From assembly GCA_900554415.1 (NCBI GenBank), contig USGU01000001.1, forward strand, positions 214,102-278,101: a stretch of DNA of 64,000 nucleotides. Direction: 5' to 3'. Every line of letters begins with the position of its first letter. Position 1 is the stretch's first letter. The translations under genes and the position numbers were made by a program. Positions 10,428 through 23,275 of this stretch are shown piece after piece. The stretch is from an uncultured Lachnospiraceae bacterium (GTDB lineage Bacteria; Bacillota; Clostridia; Lachnospirales; Lachnospiraceae). The notes beneath the pieces were generated by a model. The model was not told the origin of the DNA and did not search any database. It saw only the letters and a list, made by a program, of their open reading frames with translations.

Positions 10428-10726
10428 ATGTTTTCTCCTCATTATTTGTACTGTTGCTATTGTAGCCTCTCAAAATTCGTTTGTCAATTCTATCCAAAAA
10501 CTTTACTTTCTTTACTGTTTCTTAACTAATTTTTCATACTGTTTTTCTTGTTTTTTTTGCTCTTCTAGTGTAAAATGCAACAACGGGTTAAAATATAATA
10601 CATTTATAATTTATAATAGGAAGTATTTTCCAACTGTCCAGAACATGCAGAATTCTGAATGAGACACTTAAGGAATCTCTGCATTTGAACAGTTATGATA
10701 AAATTCATTAGAATGAGGTAATACAT

Positions 10727-13700
10727 ATGAATCAAACAGAATTACATACGCTCGGTATTGATATTGGTTCTACTACGGTAAAGATTGCAATTCTGAATGA
10801 CAGTAATGATGTTTTATTTTCCGATTACGAAAGACATTTTGCAAACATTCAGGAGACGCTTTCAGATTTGCTGGGTCGTGCAATCCACAAACTCGGTCCG
10901 ATAAATGTATCCCCGGTTATCACCGGTTCCGGCGGGCTTTCTCTCGCCAAACATCTGGAGGTTCCTTTCGTTCAGGAAGTGGTTGCTGTATCAACTGCAC
11001 TGCAGGACTATGCACCTCAGACCGATGTTGCCATTGAACTTGGCGGTGAGGATGCCAAGATTATTTATTTTGAAAATGGAAATATTGAGCAGCGTATGAA
11101 CGGAATCTGCGCCGGTGGAACTGGTTCTTTTATCGACCAGATGGCATCTCTTCTTCAGACAGATGCTACCGGTCTGAACGAATACGCACATAATTATAAA
11201 GCTATTTACACCATTGCAGCTCGCTGTGGTGTATTTGCAAAATCCGATATTCAGCCATTGATTAACGATGGAGCTACCAAAGAAGATTTAGCTGCTTCTA
11301 TTTTTCAGGCCGTTGTGAACCAGACCATCAGTGGACTTGCCTGTGGAAAACCCATCCGCGGTCACGTTGCCTTCTTAGGCGGACCACTCCATTTCCTGCC
11401 TGAGCTGCGCGCGGCATTTATCCGCACACTGAACCTGGATGATGAACATACGATTGTACCGAAATACTCTCATCTTTTTGCAGCCGTAGGTGCTGCCAAG
11501 AACTCAAAATACGAAACGCAGATGAATTTAGCCAAGCTGCAAAAGAAACTGGATGACCACATCCAGCTTGACGTAGAAGTGGAACGTATGGAACCATTGT
11601 TCCGTTCTCAGGCCGAATATGATGCATTCGAAGAACGCCACAAAAAACATCAGGTTCCTGTAGCAGACCTTGCTTCTTACAAAGGCAATGCCTATCTTGG
11701 AATTGATGCCGGTTCTACCACAACGAAAGCTGCACTTGTAGACGAGAATGGGACTTTGCTGTATTCCTTCTATCACAACAACGACGGTGACCCGCTCGGA
11801 ACAACACTCACTGCAATCAAAGAGATTTACCGGATTCTCCCGGAAGGTGTTACTATTGCACACTCCTGCTCTACCGGTTACGGAGAGGCCTTAATTAAAG
11901 CTGCGCTCCTTCTGGATGAGGGCGAAGTAGAAACCGTTGCGCACTATTATGCTGCTGCTTACTTTGAACCGTCTGTTGACTGTATCTTAGATATCGGCGG
12001 TCAGGACATGAAGTGTATCAAAATCAAGAATCACACGGTTGACAGCGTACAGTTGAATGAAGCCTGCTCTTCCGGCTGCGGTTCTTTCATCGAGACATTT
12101 GCCAAATCTTTGAATTACAGTGTAGAAGACTTTGCCCATGAGGCTCTTTTTGCTACTCTGCCAATTGACCTTGGAACCCGCTGCACGGTATTTATGAATT
12201 CCAAGGTAAAACAAGCGCAGAAGGAAGGTGCTTCTGTCGCAGATATTTCTGCCGGGCTTGCCTACTCTGTTATTAAAAACGCTTTATTTAAAGTAATCAA
12301 AGTATCGGATGCCTCCGAACTTGGTAAAAATATCGTTGTTCAGGGTGGAACTTTCTACAACAATGCCGTACTCCGCAGTTTTGAAAAAATCGCTGGATGT
12401 CAGGCTATCCGCCCGGATATTGCAGGAATCATGGGTGCGTTCGGCGCCGCACTGATTGCAAGAGAGCGTTATGGATTTAAAGAATGTAAAAATACAACCA
12501 TGCTTTCCATTGATGAAATCAATCAGTTGGAATACAGCACAACTATGAGCAAATGCCATGGTTGTACCAACAACTGCCGTCTGACGATTAACAAATTCAG
12601 TGGTGGCCGCCGTTTCATTTCTGGAAACCGTTGCGAACGTGGACTTGGAAAAGAAAAACGGAATCAGGATATTCCAAACCTTTTCGAATATAAAAACAAC
12701 CGTTATTTTGGATATGAACCACTTTCCGAAGAACAGGCCACTCGTGGAGTAGTGGGTATTCCTCGTGTACTGAATATGTATGAGAACTATCCATTCTGGT
12801 TTACCTTCTTTACAAAATTAGGATACCGGGTGGTTCTCTCCCCTGCTTCTACCCATAAGATTTACGAACTGGGAATTGAGTCCATACCAAGCGAGTCCGA
12901 ATGTTATCCGGCAAAGCTGGCTCATGGACATGTACAGTGGCTGATTAATGAAGGGGTACCTTTTATCTTCTATCCATGTATTCCATATGAGCGAAACGAA
13001 TTTCCAGAGGCCGACAATCATTACAACTGTCCAATCGTAACTTCATATGCAGAAAATATTAAGAATAACATGGAAGATATTGTTGCAGGTAATGTAGAAT
13101 TTATGAATCCATTTCTTGCCCTTACCACGGAAGAAACGGTAGCCTCCGGTCTGATTCAGTCCATTGGCAAAGAGAAAGCTATTCCAGAATCCGAAATCAA
13201 AAGTGCCGTTCACGCTGCATGGGAAGAACTGGCTGCCTGCCGTCAGGATATCCGCAAAAAAGGGGAAGAAACCCTGGCTTATATGGAAAAGACCGGACAT
13301 CGCGGCATCGTACTTGCAGGACGTCCGTACCACTATGACCCGGAAGTAAACCACGGTATTCCGGAAATGATTACCTCTTACGGAATTGCAGTGCTTACGG
13401 AGGACTCTGTTTCACACTTAAATCCGGTAGAACGTCCACTGATCGTCATGGACCAGTGGATGTATCACTCCAGACTATATGCTGCGGCAAACTATGTAAA
13501 GACCAGAGACGATTTGGATTTGATTCAGCTCAACTCCTTCGGGTGCGGGCTGGATGCAGTTACCACCGATGCAGTTGCAGATATTTTATCCGGTTCCGGA
13601 AAGATTTATACTTCCTTGAAAATTGACGAAGTAAATAACCTCGGAGCCGCACGTATCCGAATCCGTTCTCTGCTGGCAGCCATCCGTGTCCGTGAACAAA

Positions 13701-14974
13701 AGAAAATAGAACGTACCATTCAGCCTGCTTCTATCAAAAAGGTAATATTTACGGAAGAAATGCGTAAGGATTACACCATCCTTTGTCCGCAGATGTCTCC
13801 AATTCATTTTTCACTGTTGGAGCCTGTTTTGCAAAAAGCCGGATATAAACTGGAAGTGTTGAAGAACGATAACAAAAATGCTATTAATATGGGATTAAAA
13901 TATGTAAATAATGACGCATGCTATCCTTCTCTGCTTGTTGTAGGGCAAATTATGGAAGCCGTATTATCTGGAAAATATGATACTGATAAACTTGCAGTTA
14001 TTATTACCCAGACTGGTGGCGGCTGCCGTGCAAGTAACTATATCGGCTTCATCCGGCGTGGTCTGAAAAAGGCAGGATATGGTCACATTCCGGTTATTTC
14101 CTTGAACTTAAGCGGACTGGAAAGTAATCCTGGCTTTAAGATTACACCAAACCTGATTATAAAAGGTGCTTATGGACTGATTTTAGGCGACATCTTTATG
14201 CGCTGTCTCTACCGTGTACGTCCATATGAAGCTGTACCTGGTTCCGCCAATGCTTTACACAAAAAATGGGAGGCAGAAGTTATCCGTTATCTTACAAAAA
14301 GCTATCAGAGCAGAAGCGAATTCAAGCATCTCTGCCGTGCCATTGTAAAAGATTTCGATGAGCTTCCACTACTGGATATCCAAAAACCTCGTGTCGGGGT
14401 CGTTGGTGAAATCCTGGTAAAATTCCAGCCAGCTGCAAACAATCATCTGGTTGATTTGTTAGAGCAGGAGGGTGCAGAAGCTGTTGTTCCGGATCTTCTG
14501 GACTTCTTCCTCTACTGCTTCTATAATACAAATTTTAAAGCAGACCATCTCGGAGCAAAGAAATCCTCTGCAAGAAATGCAAACCTTGGTATCAAGGCAA
14601 TAGAATGGCTGCGAAAGCCTGCTGCAGATGCCCTCCGGGCAAGTAAGCGTTTTGATGCACCATCAAACATCGAAGACCTTGCAAAGATGGCTTCCGAGAT
14701 TGTATCCCTCGGAAATCAGACCGGTGAAGGCTGGTTCTTAACCGGAGAAATGTTAGAATTGATTCACTGTGGTGCGCCAAACATCGTCTGCACACAGCCA
14801 TTTGGCTGCCTGCCAAATCACGTGGTAGGAAAAGGTGTTATCAAAGAGCTTCGACGCAGACACCCTGATGCAAATATCGTAGCCATCGACTATGACCCGG
14901 GTGCAAGCGAAGTAAACCAGTTAAACCGTATTAAACTGATGCTTTCTACTGCACACAAAAAATTAGAGGACTAA
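10727..14974 (+). CDS. CoA-substrate-specific enzyme activase (two BadF/BadG/BcrA/BcrD ATPase domains plus DUF2229/dehydratase-like region)
   Basis: Two GID.GSTT.K and two GG.D.K...MN..C..G.GSF modules, followed by GIPR, CYP, AGRPYH, CGLD and PFGCLPNH. Confidence 0.9.
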   Translation: MNQTELHTLGIDIGSTTVKIAILNDSNDVLFSDYERHFANIQETLSDLLGRAIHKLGPINVSPVITGSGGLSLAKHLEVPFVQEVVAVSTALQDYAPQTDVAIELGGEDAKIIYFENGNIEQRMNGICAGGTGSFIDQMASLLQTDATGLNEYAHNYKAIYTIAARCGVFAKSDIQPLINDGATKEDLAASIFQAVVNQTISGLACGKPIRGHVAFLGGPLHFLPELRAAFIRTLNLDDEHTIVPKYSHLFAAVGAAKNSKYETQMNLAKLQKKLDDHIQLDVEVERMEPLFRSQAEYDAFEERHKKHQVPVADLASYKGNAYLGIDAGSTTTKAALVDENGTLLYSFYHNNDGDPLGTTLTAIKEIYRILPEGVTIAHSCSTGYGEALIKAALLLDEGEVETVAHYYAAAYFEPSVDCILDIGGQDMKCIKIKNHTVDSVQLNEACSSGCGSFIETFAKSLNYSVEDFAHEALFATLPIDLGTRCTVFMNSKVKQAQKEGASVADISAGLAYSVIKNALFKVIKVSDASELGKNIVVQGGTFYNNAVLRSFEKIAGCQAIRPDIAGIMGAFGAALIARERYGFKECKNTTMLSIDEINQLEYSTTMSKCHGCTNNCRLTINKFSGGRRFISGNRCERGLGKEKRNQDIPNLFEYKNNRYFGYEPLSEEQATRGVVGIPRVLNMYENYPFWFTFFTKLGYRVVLSPASTHKIYELGIESIPSESECYPAKLAHGHVQWLINEGVPFIFYPCIPYERNEFPEADNHYNCPIVTSYAENIKNNMEDIVAGNVEFMNPFLALTTEETVASGLIQSIGKEKAIPESEIKSAVHAAWEELAACRQDIRKKGEETLAYMEKTGHRGIVLAGRPYHYDPEVNHGIPEMITSYGIAVLTEDSVSHLNPVERPLIVMDQWMYHSRLYAAANYVKTRDDLDLIQLNSFGCGLDAVTTDAVADILSGSGKIYTSLKIDEVNNLGAARIRIRSLLAAIRVREQKKIERTIQPASIKKVIFTEEMRKDYTILCPQMSPIHFSLLEPVLQKAGYKLEVLKNDNKNAINMGLKYVNNDACYPSLLVVGQIMEAVLSGKYDTDKLAVIITQTGGGCRASNYIGFIRRGLKKAGYGHIPVISLNLSGLESNPGFKITPNLIIKGAYGLILGDIFMRCLYRVRPYEAVPGSANALHKKWEAEVIRYLTKSYQSRSEFKHLCRAIVKDFDELPLLDIQKPRVGVVGEILVKFQPAANNHLVDLLEQEGAEAVVPDLLDFFLYCFYNTNFKADHLGAKKSSARNANLGIKAIEWLRKPAADALRASKRFDAPSNIEDLAKMASEIVSLGNQTGEGWFLTGEMLELIHCGAPNIVCTQPFGCLPNHVVGKGVIKELRRRHPDANIVAIDYDPGASEVNQLNRIKLMLSTAHKKLED

Positions 14975-15043
14975 TAGAAAACCAAAGCAAATAGAGAAAT
15001 CCGTCTCATATCAGCACGAAAGCAAAAATTTTGGATTTCTCAT

Positions 15044-15092
15044 AAACAGAAAAAACCAACAAGGCAAAATGTCTTGTTGGTTTTTTCTGTTT
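15044..15092. terminator. Bidirectional intrinsic terminator
   Basis: AAACAGAAAAAACCAACAAG...CTTGTTGGTTTTTTCTGTTT between two convergent genes. Confidence 0.8.
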
Positions 15093-15100
15093 CAAATCAT

Positions 15101-16402
15101 TTATAAAGGGTTATCGGTTTTTTCGGAAAGAATCTTATCAATACTGACCAGTTTTATACTCAGGACAAACACCTTCGTTGCAACGGCCAGTTCTTCTGGT
15201 GTTGGGAAAGATGGTGCAATACGAATATTACTGTCCTTCGGGTCATTTCCATATGGGAAAGTAGCTCCTGCAGGAGTCATCACAAGTCCTGCTTCCTTTG
15301 CTTTCGCTACAATTGCTTTCGCACAGCCTTCCATAGCATCAAAGGAAATAAAATATCCTCCACGCGGTGCAAGCCATGTTCCAATCTCCAGACCGGATAA
15401 TTCTTTATCGAGGCATGTAAGAATTGCCTCAAATTTTGGTCTTAATATCTCAGCATGCAATTTCATATGAGTTACCATACCATGAATATCCTTAAAGAAG
15501 CGCACATGTCTGAGCTGATTTAATTTATCGTGTCCAATGGTCTGTACTGCCATCATCTGACGAATATCTGCCATATTGGCATCCGAACCTGCAATCGCTG
15601 CAATTCCAGAACCAGGAAAACTAATCTTGGAAGTAGAGCCGAACTTATAAACCATATCCGGATGTCCTTCCTTCTTACATTCCATCAAAATTTCTATCAG
15701 ATAATCCTGCTTGTCCTCATACAAATGATGAATTCCATAGGCATTGTCCCAAAAAATCCGGAAGTCTTCTGCTGCCGGATTCAGTGCTGCAAAACGATGA
15801 ACAGTTTCATCAGAATAAGTAATACCCTGAGGATTCGAATACTTTGGCACGCACCAGATTCCCTTAACTGATGGGTCATTTTCCACATACTGCTGTACAA
15901 TATCCATATCCGGTCCATTCTCTGTCATTGGAACATTAATCATCTCGATTCCAAAATGTTCTGTAATGGCAAAATGACGGTCATATCCCGGAACCGGACA
16001 GAGAAATTTTACCTTGTCAAGCTTGCACCATGGAGTGCTTCCCATGATTCCATGTGTCATGGCACGGGCTACGGTATCATACATCACATTCAGGCTGGAA
16101 TTTCCGAAAATGATAATATTATCTTTCGGTACTTCCATCATATCAGCAAATAACTGCTTTGCTTCTTTAATACCATCAATCACACCGTAGTTTCTGCAGT
16201 CCACACCTTCTGAACAGACTAAATCCGAATCGCTGGTCAATACATCCATCATTCCCATGGACAAATCAAGCTGCACTTTCGACGGCTTACCACGGGACAT
16301 GTCAAGATGAAGCCCCTGTGCTTTTACCTCATCAAATTCTTTTTCTAATTTCTTTTTTATTTCTAATAACTCTTCTCTGCTTAAGTCTTTATATGCTGTC
16401 AT
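15101..16402 (-). CDS. PLP-dependent aminotransferase (class I/II, aspartate aminotransferase-like)
   Basis: LDMSRGKPS, CPVPGYDRHF, YSNPQG, WDNAY, STSKI, PRGGYF, IRIAPS. Confidence 0.88.
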   Translation of the reverse strand: MTAYKDLSREELLEIKKKLEKEFDEVKAQGLHLDMSRGKPSKVQLDLSMGMMDVLTSDSDLVCSEGVDCRNYGVIDGIKEAKQLFADMMEVPKDNIIIFGNSSLNVMYDTVARAMTHGIMGSTPWCKLDKVKFLCPVPGYDRHFAITEHFGIEMINVPMTENGPDMDIVQQYVENDPSVKGIWCVPKYSNPQGITYSDETVHRFAALNPAAEDFRIFWDNAYGIHHLYEDKQDYLIEILMECKKEGHPDMVYKFGSTSKISFPGSGIAAIAGSDANMADIRQMMAVQTIGHDKLNQLRHVRFFKDIHGMVTHMKLHAEILRPKFEAILTCLDKELSGLEIGTWLAPRGGYFISFDAMEGCAKAIVAKAKEAGLVMTPAGATFPYGNDPKDSNIRIAPSFPTPEELAVATKVFVLSIKLVSIDKILSEKTDNPL

Positions 16403-16711
16403 CCTTAAATACCTCGTCCTTCTGAGACTCTCATGGTATTTAGTATATCACAAAATGACTTTTCGTCAATTGATTCTTGCAATTTTCTTTTATCATTTTC
16501 TACTTTTTGTTGATTTTACCACCATTTTATGAATTTTTAATTTGATTTTTATTCATTTTATGCAATCTCGCTTATATCAAAATTGCATTTTCAGAAATGG
16601 ATTACAATCTGTAAAATATATTTAAGCAAAAAACAGAAGACATTCTGTACATTGCCAGATATCTTCTGTTTCTCAACTTCTTGCCCAATATTCTTTTTAT
16701 ATCCTCTTTCC

Positions 16712-18250
16712 CTACACCCTTATCAAAAGAGACTCACCTGACATTTCCTCTGGTTTTGGAAGTCCCATAAGTTCCAACAACGTCGGTGCGATATCCGCCA
16801 GACAACCGCCTTCCCGAAGTCCATATCCTTCACGGTTAATCAAGATAAACGGAACCGGATTCGTAGTATGCGCTGTAAATGGTGCTCCCGTTGCTTCATC
16901 TATCAATTGCTCTGCATTACCGTGGTCTGCACACAGAAACATTTGTCCATCTACCTCTTTTAGCGCTGCCACTGCTCTTCCTACACAGGCATCTACCGTT
17001 TCCACCGCTTTAATTGCTGCCGATTCCACACCCGTATGACCTACCATATCCGGATTTGCAAAATTAATGATAATCACGTCATATTTCAATGATTGAATTG
17101 CTTCTACCAGCTTATCACATACTTCCGGTGCACTCATCTCCGGTTGCAAATCATAGGTTGCTACTTTCGGCGAATGAACCAGAATCCGTTCTTCTCCTTC
17201 ATTCGGTGCTTCTACACCACCGTTAAAGAAGAAAGTAACGTGCGCATATTTTTCTGTCTCAGCAATACGGGCCTGTGTCAGACCACATTTCGCCAGATAT
17301 TCTCCCAACGTATTATTCAGCTTTGTCTTCGGAAACGCAACACTCTTATTAGGAATTGTAACGTCATATTCAGTAAAACATACATAAGTAGTATGTATTC
17401 GCTTTTCTCTTGAAAATCCGTCAAATTCATCTGCACAGAATGCTCTGGTAATCTCTCTTGCCCGATCAGGACGGAAATTAAAGAAAATCACAGAATCCCC
17501 ATCCTTTACTGTTCCAACCGGCTCTCCATCTTTCACAATAACTGTCGGAACAACAAACTCATCCGTCACTTCCTTCTCATACGATTTTTCAATCGCTTCT
17601 ACCGGATTTTCTGCCCGATTACCGTTTCCATTTACTATAGCTTCATATGCCTTTTCTACACGGTCCCATCGGTTATCTCTGTCCATCACATAATAACGGC
17701 CAATCACTGTAGCAATCCGTCCTACGCCGATTTCGTGTATTTTCTCTATCAATTCGCTGACATATTCTTTTCCTGACATGGGTGGTGTATCACGACCATC
17801 CAGAAAACAATGCACATACACCTTGGAAATCTTCTGTCTTTTCGCGAGCTCCAGAAGTCCATATAAATGAGCATTATGGCTATGTACACCTCCATCTGAT
17901 ACCAGCCCAAATAAATGCAGAGCTGAGCTATTCGCTTTTACATTATCACACGCCTTTACCAGTTCTGGATTTTCATAGAAATCTCCATCCTGAATGGACT
18001 TTGTTATCTTTGTCAAATCCTGATACACAATTCTTCCGGCCCCCATATTCAGATGTCCCACTTCAGAATTACCCATCTGACCATCAGGAAGTCCTACATA
18101 ATGACCACTGGCATTTCCTTTCACAAACGGATACTCCTTCATGAGTGCATCCATTACAGGAGTATCTGCTTCTGCAACCGCGTTTCCAATTTTGTTATCA
18201 TTTAATCCATAACCGTCCAGTATCATCAAAACTGTGGGTTTCTTACTCAT
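16712..18250 (-). CDS. gpmI: 2,3-bisphosphoglycerate-independent phosphoglycerate mutase
   Basis: [57 protein letters not shown]. Confidence 0.97.
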   Translation of the reverse strand: MSKKPTVLMILDGYGLNDNKIGNAVAEADTPVMDALMKEYPFVKGNASGHYVGLPDGQMGNSEVGHLNMGAGRIVYQDLTKITKSIQDGDFYENPELVKACDNVKANSSALHLFGLVSDGGVHSHNAHLYGLLELAKRQKISKVYVHCFLDGRDTPPMSGKEYVSELIEKIHEIGVGRIATVIGRYYVMDRDNRWDRVEKAYEAIVNGNGNRAENPVEAIEKSYEKEVTDEFVVPTVIVKDGEPVGTVKDGDSVIFFNFRPDRAREITRAFCADEFDGFSREKRIHTTYVCFTEYDVTIPNKSVAFPKTKLNNTLGEYLAKCGLTQARIAETEKYAHVTFFFNGGVEAPNEGEERILVHSPKVATYDLQPEMSAPEVCDKLVEAIQSLKYDVIIINFANPDMVGHTGVESAAIKAVETVDACVGRAVAALKEVDGQMFLCADHGNAEQLIDEATGAPFTAHTTNPVPFILINREGYGLREGGCLADIAPTLLELMGLPKPEEMSGESLLIRV

Positions 18251-18267
18251 TCTTTCTGCTCCTTATA

Positions 18268-19020
18268 TTACATCTGATAATTCACAATTTTTCCAAAATC
18301 CGGTTTCAACGACGCACCGCCTACCAGACCTCCATCGATGTCTGGCTGTGCAAAAAGTTCCGGTGCCGTAGCCGCATTTACAGAACCGCCATACTGAATC
18401 CGGATTGCTTCTGCAGTGTCTGTATCATAAATTTCACAAATGCACTGGCGGATTGCCTTGCAGACTTCCTGCGCCTGTGCTGTGGTTGCTGTTTTTCCCG
18501 TTCCGATTGCCCAGATTGGCTCGTATGCAATCACTGCTTTCTTCGCCTGTTCTGCAGTAATTCCCAGAAATCCAATCTTTACCTGCTGACGGATAAAATC
18601 CATAGTAACTCCTTGTTCCCTTTGTGTCAGGGTCTCTCCGCAGCACATAATTGGTGTCAGCCCATATTCGAACGCTTTGTGCATTTTCTTATTAACAGTT
18701 TCATTGGTCTCTGCAAAATATTCTCTACGCTCAGAATGTCCAAGAATCACGTATTTTACTCCGGCATCCACCAGCATACCTGGTGCAATTTCCCCGGTAT
18801 AAGCGCCCTTGTCTTCGAAATACATATTTTCCGCACCAATCTGGATATTGCTGTCCTTTGCAGCCTCTATAGCCGGAATAATATCAATAGCCGGAACACA
18901 AAGCGCTACATCCACTTCCGAATTTGCCACAAGGGGCTTTAATGTATGTATCAATTCCACCGTTTCCGTAGGCGTCATATTCATTTTCCAGTTCCCTGCA
19001 ATCAGTTTCTTTCTTTCCAT
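18268..19020 (-). CDS. tpiA: Triosephosphate isomerase
   Basis: [36 protein letters not shown]. Confidence 0.98.
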   Translation of the reverse strand: MERKKLIAGNWKMNMTPTETVELIHTLKPLVANSEVDVALCVPAIDIIPAIEAAKDSNIQIGAENMYFEDKGAYTGEIAPGMLVDAGVKYVILGHSERREYFAETNETVNKKMHKAFEYGLTPIMCCGETLTQREQGVTMDFIRQQVKIGFLGITAEQAKKAVIAYEPIWAIGTGKTATTAQAQEVCKAIRQCICEIYDTDTAEAIRIQYGGSVNAATAPELFAQPDIDGGLVGGASLKPDFGKIVNYQM

Positions 19021-19043
19021 AACATATCTCCTACTCCGGAATT

Positions 19044-20237
19044 CTATTTATCGTTTGCAGCGGCAACTCCCGGAAGTTCCTTTCCTTCCAAAAATTCCAA
19101 TGATGCACCGCCACCGGTAGAAATATGTGTCATCTTATCTCCATAGCCTAACTGGTTGACAGCTGCTGCACTGTCACCGCCTCCGATGATAGTCACTGCA
19201 TCTGTGTCAGCAAGTGCTTTTGCCATCTTTTCCGTACCCTCTGCAAAATTCGGCATTTCAAAAGCACCCATTGGTCCATTCCATACGACCGTTTTTGCTT
19301 CTTTCACTGCTACTGCATAAAGTTCAGCAGTCTTTGGCCCGATATCCAGTCCCATCCAGCCATCTGGAATTGCATTTGCTTCCACCACTTTTCTGTTTGC
19401 GTCATTAGAAAATGCATCAGCAATTACAGTGTCTACCGGAAGTAACAGCTTCACACCTTTTTCTTCGGCTTTTTTAATCATGTTCAATGCATATTCGCAG
19501 TAATCTTCCTCCAGCAATGAGTTACCAACAGAACCGCCCTGGGCTTTGCTGAAGGTATAAGACATACCGCCACCGATAATCAATGTATCTACTTTATCTA
19601 ACAGGTTCTCAATTACAGAAATTTTGCTGGATACTTTCGCACCGCCAAGGATAGCAATAAATGGTCTTTCCGGATTATTGACTGCATTTCCAAGGAAATC
19701 AATTTCCTTCTGCATCAAATATCCTACCACTGCTGTATCAACGTATTCAGTAACTCCTACGTTCGAGCAGTGTGCACGATGTGCTGTACCGAATGCATCA
19801 TCTACAAATACATCGCAAAGAGAAGCCAGTTCCTTCGAAAATGCTTCCCCATTCTTTGTTTCTTCTGCGCGGTAGCGTGTGTTTTCAAGTAAAATCACTT
19901 CTCCATTTTTCATCGCTTCTACTGCTGCTCTGGCATTTGGTCCAACCACTTCCGGGTCTGCCGCAAATTTGACTTCCTGTCCTAACAGTTCACTTAAGCG
20001 CACTGCAACCGGTGCCAGAGACAATTCTGGTTTTGGTTCTCCCTTCGGTTTGCCAAGATGTGAACAAAGAATAACTTTTCCTCCATCTGCAATAAGTTTC
20101 TTAATTGTTGGAAGTGCAGCCACCAGACGATTCTCATCGGTAATCTTTCCGTCATGTAATGGAACATTAAAATCACATCGAACCAGAACTCTTAACCCCT
20201 TCACATTAATGTCATCCACTGATTTTTTGTTAAGCAT
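19044..20237 (-). CDS. pgk: Phosphoglycerate kinase
   Basis: [44 protein letters not shown]. Confidence 0.98.
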   Translation of the reverse strand: MLNKKSVDDINVKGLRVLVRCDFNVPLHDGKITDENRLVAALPTIKKLIADGGKVILCSHLGKPKGEPKPELSLAPVAVRLSELLGQEVKFAADPEVVGPNARAAVEAMKNGEVILLENTRYRAEETKNGEAFSKELASLCDVFVDDAFGTAHRAHCSNVGVTEYVDTAVVGYLMQKEIDFLGNAVNNPERPFIAILGGAKVSSKISVIENLLDKVDTLIIGGGMSYTFSKAQGGSVGNSLLEEDYCEYALNMIKKAEEKGVKLLLPVDTVIADAFSNDANRKVVEANAIPDGWMGLDIGPKTAELYAVAVKEAKTVVWNGPMGAFEMPNFAEGTEKMAKALADTDAVTIIGGGDSAAAVNQLGYGDKMTHISTGGGASLEFLEGKELPGVAAANDK

Positions 20238-20325
20238 AGTATAAACCCTCTCTATATTTTATTTTTGATAAAACACGATTCCATGACTCACGAAATCATG
20301 TTCTCATATGCATTACAACATGAAA

Positions 20326-20357
20326 AGGGCCGGTCCTGATAAGCCAGACCGGACCCT
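20326..20357 (-). terminator. Hairpin/terminator after gap
   Basis: AGGG(C)CGGTC...GACCG(GA)CCCT inverted repeat with a T-tract on the minus strand. Confidence 0.55.
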
Positions 20358-20379
20358 ATCCATTTATTGTGCTTATTTC

Positions 20380-21393
20380 TTATAATAATGTACCAAAGTA
20401 TTCAATCGTTCTAACCATCTGGCTTGTGTATGAATTTTCGTTGTCATACCAGGCAACCACCTGTACCTGTGTTGTTCCGTTATCAAGCGGAATCACCATA
20501 GTCTGTGTAGCGTCAAATAAAGAACCATATGTCATACCTACGATATCACTGGATACAATCGGGTCTGTGTTATATCCAAATGATTCATTAGATGCTGCCT
20601 TCATAGCTGCATTGATTTCATCTACTGTGACATAGCCTTTTACAACGGCTGTCAAAATAGTAGAAGATCCTGTAGGTGTTGGAACTCGCTGGGCAGAACC
20701 AATTAATTTACCTTTCAGTTCCGGTACTACAAGACCAATTGCCTTTGCTGCGCCTGTACTGTTTGGAACGATATTCACTGCTGCTGCACGAGATCTTCTC
20801 AAATCACCCTTACGCTGTGGTCCATCCAGTGTCATCTGGTCTCCAGTATATGCATGAATTGTACACATAATACCTGATTTGATCGGTGCAAAATCATTCA
20901 ATGCTTTCGCCATCGGTGCAAGACAGTTTGTCGTGCAGGAAGCTGCGGAAATGATATGATCCTCCTTCGTAATAATATCATGGTTTACATTATAAACAAC
21001 AGTTGGAAGGTCATTTCCTGCCGGTGCAGAAATAATAACATTCTTGGCACCTGCTCTCAAATGTGCCTCAGATTTTTCCTTTGTTGTATAGAATCCTGTA
21101 CATTCCAGAACAACATCTACTCCAAGTTCTCCCCATGGAAGATTCTCCGCATTCTGCTCTTTGTAAATCTTAATTTCTGTTCCATCCACTGTAATGGAAT
21201 CTTCTCCTGCTGTAACTTTATCGCACAATGCATATCTGCCCTGTGTAGAATCGTACTTTAATAAGTGAGCCAACATCTTCGGAGATGTCAAATCGTTGAT
21301 TGCCACGATTTCATATCCTTCTGTTCCAAACATCTGTCTGAATGCAAGTCGTCCAATACGTCCAAATCCATTAATTGCTACTTTTACTGCCAT
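20380..21393 (-). CDS. gap: Type I glyceraldehyde-3-phosphate dehydrogenase
   Basis: [31 protein letters not shown]. Confidence 0.98.
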   Translation of the reverse strand: MAVKVAINGFGRIGRLAFRQMFGTEGYEIVAINDLTSPKMLAHLLKYDSTQGRYALCDKVTAGEDSITVDGTEIKIYKEQNAENLPWGELGVDVVLECTGFYTTKEKSEAHLRAGAKNVIISAPAGNDLPTVVYNVNHDIITKEDHIISAASCTTNCLAPMAKALNDFAPIKSGIMCTIHAYTGDQMTLDGPQRKGDLRRSRAAAVNIVPNSTGAAKAIGLVVPELKGKLIGSAQRVPTPTGSSTILTAVVKGYVTVDEINAAMKAASNESFGYNTDPIVSSDIVGMTYGSLFDATQTMVIPLDNGTTQVQVVAWYDNENSYTSQMVRTIEYFGTLL

Positions 21394-21580
21394 GATTCTT
21401 TCCTCCTAAAGTTCCGACATTTCATATAATAACGGTAACTTTTTTTGCATTATCATATAATCATCAATTACAATTATTGTACTAAACACACCCTCAAATT
21501 TCAAGTGCATTTTCCCTTTTTACGCCTCTTTACCTAAATTCATCAAATTTTCTCAAAAATCAGTTTTTCGCCCTTTAATT

Positions 21581-21598
21581 TTGTGAAATATTTAACAG
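21581..21598. promoter_or_regulatory. Putative Rex operator upstream of gap
   Basis: TTGTGAA-ATAT-TTAACAG resembles the Rex consensus TTGT(G/T)AA-N4-TT(C/A)ACAA. It lies upstream of a TTGAAA-N17-TACAAT promoter. Confidence 0.5.
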
Positions 21599-21731
21599 CG
21601 AATAAAATAACAGCAGGTCTTATGCAAGACCTGCTGTATTGATTTACGTTTAGCAATGATTGAAACGGAGTGCAAATTCCGCATAACTTGAGAAACTTGC
21701 AAAGTATGTTTCATATTGCTTCCTATTTTTC

Positions 21732-22808
21732 TTAGATGATAGTGCCTCCACCGAGCACGTAATCTCCGTCATAAAGCACAAGTGCCTGTCCCGGTGTCAC
21801 TGCTCTCTGTGGTTCATCGAACACGCAAAGGAGTTCATCTTCTCCTGTACGTTTTACCGTACACCACGCACCTTTATGATTGTATCTGATTTTTGCAAAT
21901 ACACGCATATCATCTTCTATATCTTCCATCGCCATAAAATTCAGCTTCTCTGCCCGCACTTTCCGCGTCATAGAATCTTCATTAGTTCCAATGACTACTT
22001 CGTTTGTCTCCGGACGAATCTCCAGTACAAATGCAGGATGTCCAAGAGATAAACCGAGTCCTTTGCGCTGTCCTACGGTATAATGGGTAATTCCTTTATG
22101 TCTTCCTAATATCTTGCCATCCAGAGAAACAAAATTTCCTTCTGGAACTGATCTACCGCGTTCTTTATCAATAAAAGAGGCATAATCACCATCCGGAATA
22201 AAACAGATATCCTGACTGTCAGGTTTATGTGCAATTGGAAGCCCAATCTCCTCTGCCATCTGTCGGATTTGCTCTTTTGTGTAAGCTCCAACCGGCATTA
22301 ACGTATGTTTCAACTGGTCCTGAGTCAGGTTGTAGAGCGCATATGTCTGATCTTTCGTCTTGGTCGCAGAATGTTTAATCGCATATCTTCCATTTGCAAG
22401 CTGATCTATCTGTGCGTAATGACCTGTGGCAATATAATCCGCACCAATATCCATACTTCGTTTGAGAAGTGCTTCCCATTTCACATATCTGTTACAGGCA
22501 ATACACGGATTCGGTGTTCTCCCCCGGAGATATTCTCCGACGAAATAGTCAATCACCTGTCTTTGGAACTCCTGTCTGAAGTTCATGACATAGTAAGGAA
22601 TACCAAGCACCGATGCAACTCTTCTCGCATCATCCACTGCCGAAAGTCCACAGCATCCGCCATTTTCTTCCTGCACAATATTCTCTGTTTCCTGCCAGAT
22701 CTGCATGGTGACTCCAATCACATCATATCCTTGTTCCTTCAGCAGATATGCCGCAACGGAAGAATCGACTCCACCGGACATGCCTACTACAACTTTCTTC
22801 TTTTCCAT
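21732..22808 (-). CDS. mnmA: tRNA-specific 2-thiouridylase
   Basis: [48 protein letters not shown]. Start MEKKK at 22808. Confidence 0.97.
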   Translation of the reverse strand: MEKKKVVVGMSGGVDSSVAAYLLKEQGYDVIGVTMQIWQETENIVQEENGGCCGLSAVDDARRVASVLGIPYYVMNFRQEFQRQVIDYFVGEYLRGRTPNPCIACNRYVKWEALLKRSMDIGADYIATGHYAQIDQLANGRYAIKHSATKTKDQTYALYNLTQDQLKHTLMPVGAYTKEQIRQMAEEIGLPIAHKPDSQDICFIPDGDYASFIDKERGRSVPEGNFVSLDGKILGRHKGITHYTVGQRKGLGLSLGHPAFVLEIRPETNEVVIGTNEDSMTRKVRAEKLNFMAMEDIEDDMRVFAKIRYNHKGAWCTVKRTGEDELLCVFDEPQRAVTPGQALVLYDGDYVLGGGTII

Positions 22809-22809
22809 T

Positions 22810-23247
22810 CTAATATTCTTCTTCCTCTTCGCCTTCGTGGATATCAGACTTCGGTTTTGAAAGCCCTTCAATCTTGATTCCATTTTTCTCTGCATAATCC
22901 CAGAGTGCTGCATGGATTGCTTCTTCTGCAAGAAGTGAGCAGTGTACCTTAACCGGCGGAAGTCCATCTAAAGCTTCCATAACTGCTTTGTTGGTTACCT
23001 GCATTGCTTCTGAGATATTCTTTCCTTTTACTAATTCTGTAGCCATGCTGCTGGTTGCTACTGCCGCACCACAGCCAAATGTTTTGAATTTAACATCCCG
23101 GATAATTCCATCTTTATCAATATCAAGATAAATTCTCATAATATCGCCACATTTTGCGTTTCCTACTGTTCCTACTCCGCTGGCGTTTTCAATTTCTCCC
23201 ATATTTCTTGGATGCTGAAAATGATCCATTACTTTTTCTGAATACAT
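22810..23247 (-). CDS. nifU: Fe-S cluster scaffold NifU/IscU
   Basis: [29 protein letters not shown]. Confidence 0.95.
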   Translation of the reverse strand: MYSEKVMDHFQHPRNMGEIENASGVGTVGNAKCGDIMRIYLDIDKDGIIRDVKFKTFGCGAAVATSSMATELVKGKNISEAMQVTNKAVMEALDGLPPVKVHCSLLAEEAIHAALWDYAEKNGIKIEGLSKPKSDIHEGEEEEEY

Positions 23248-23275
23248 AATACAATTCTCCTTTGCTTATTATAAT

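Noticed and set aside
22809..22967. N-terminal extension of MnmA
   Set aside because: It overlaps nifU in another frame. The conserved start is at 22808.
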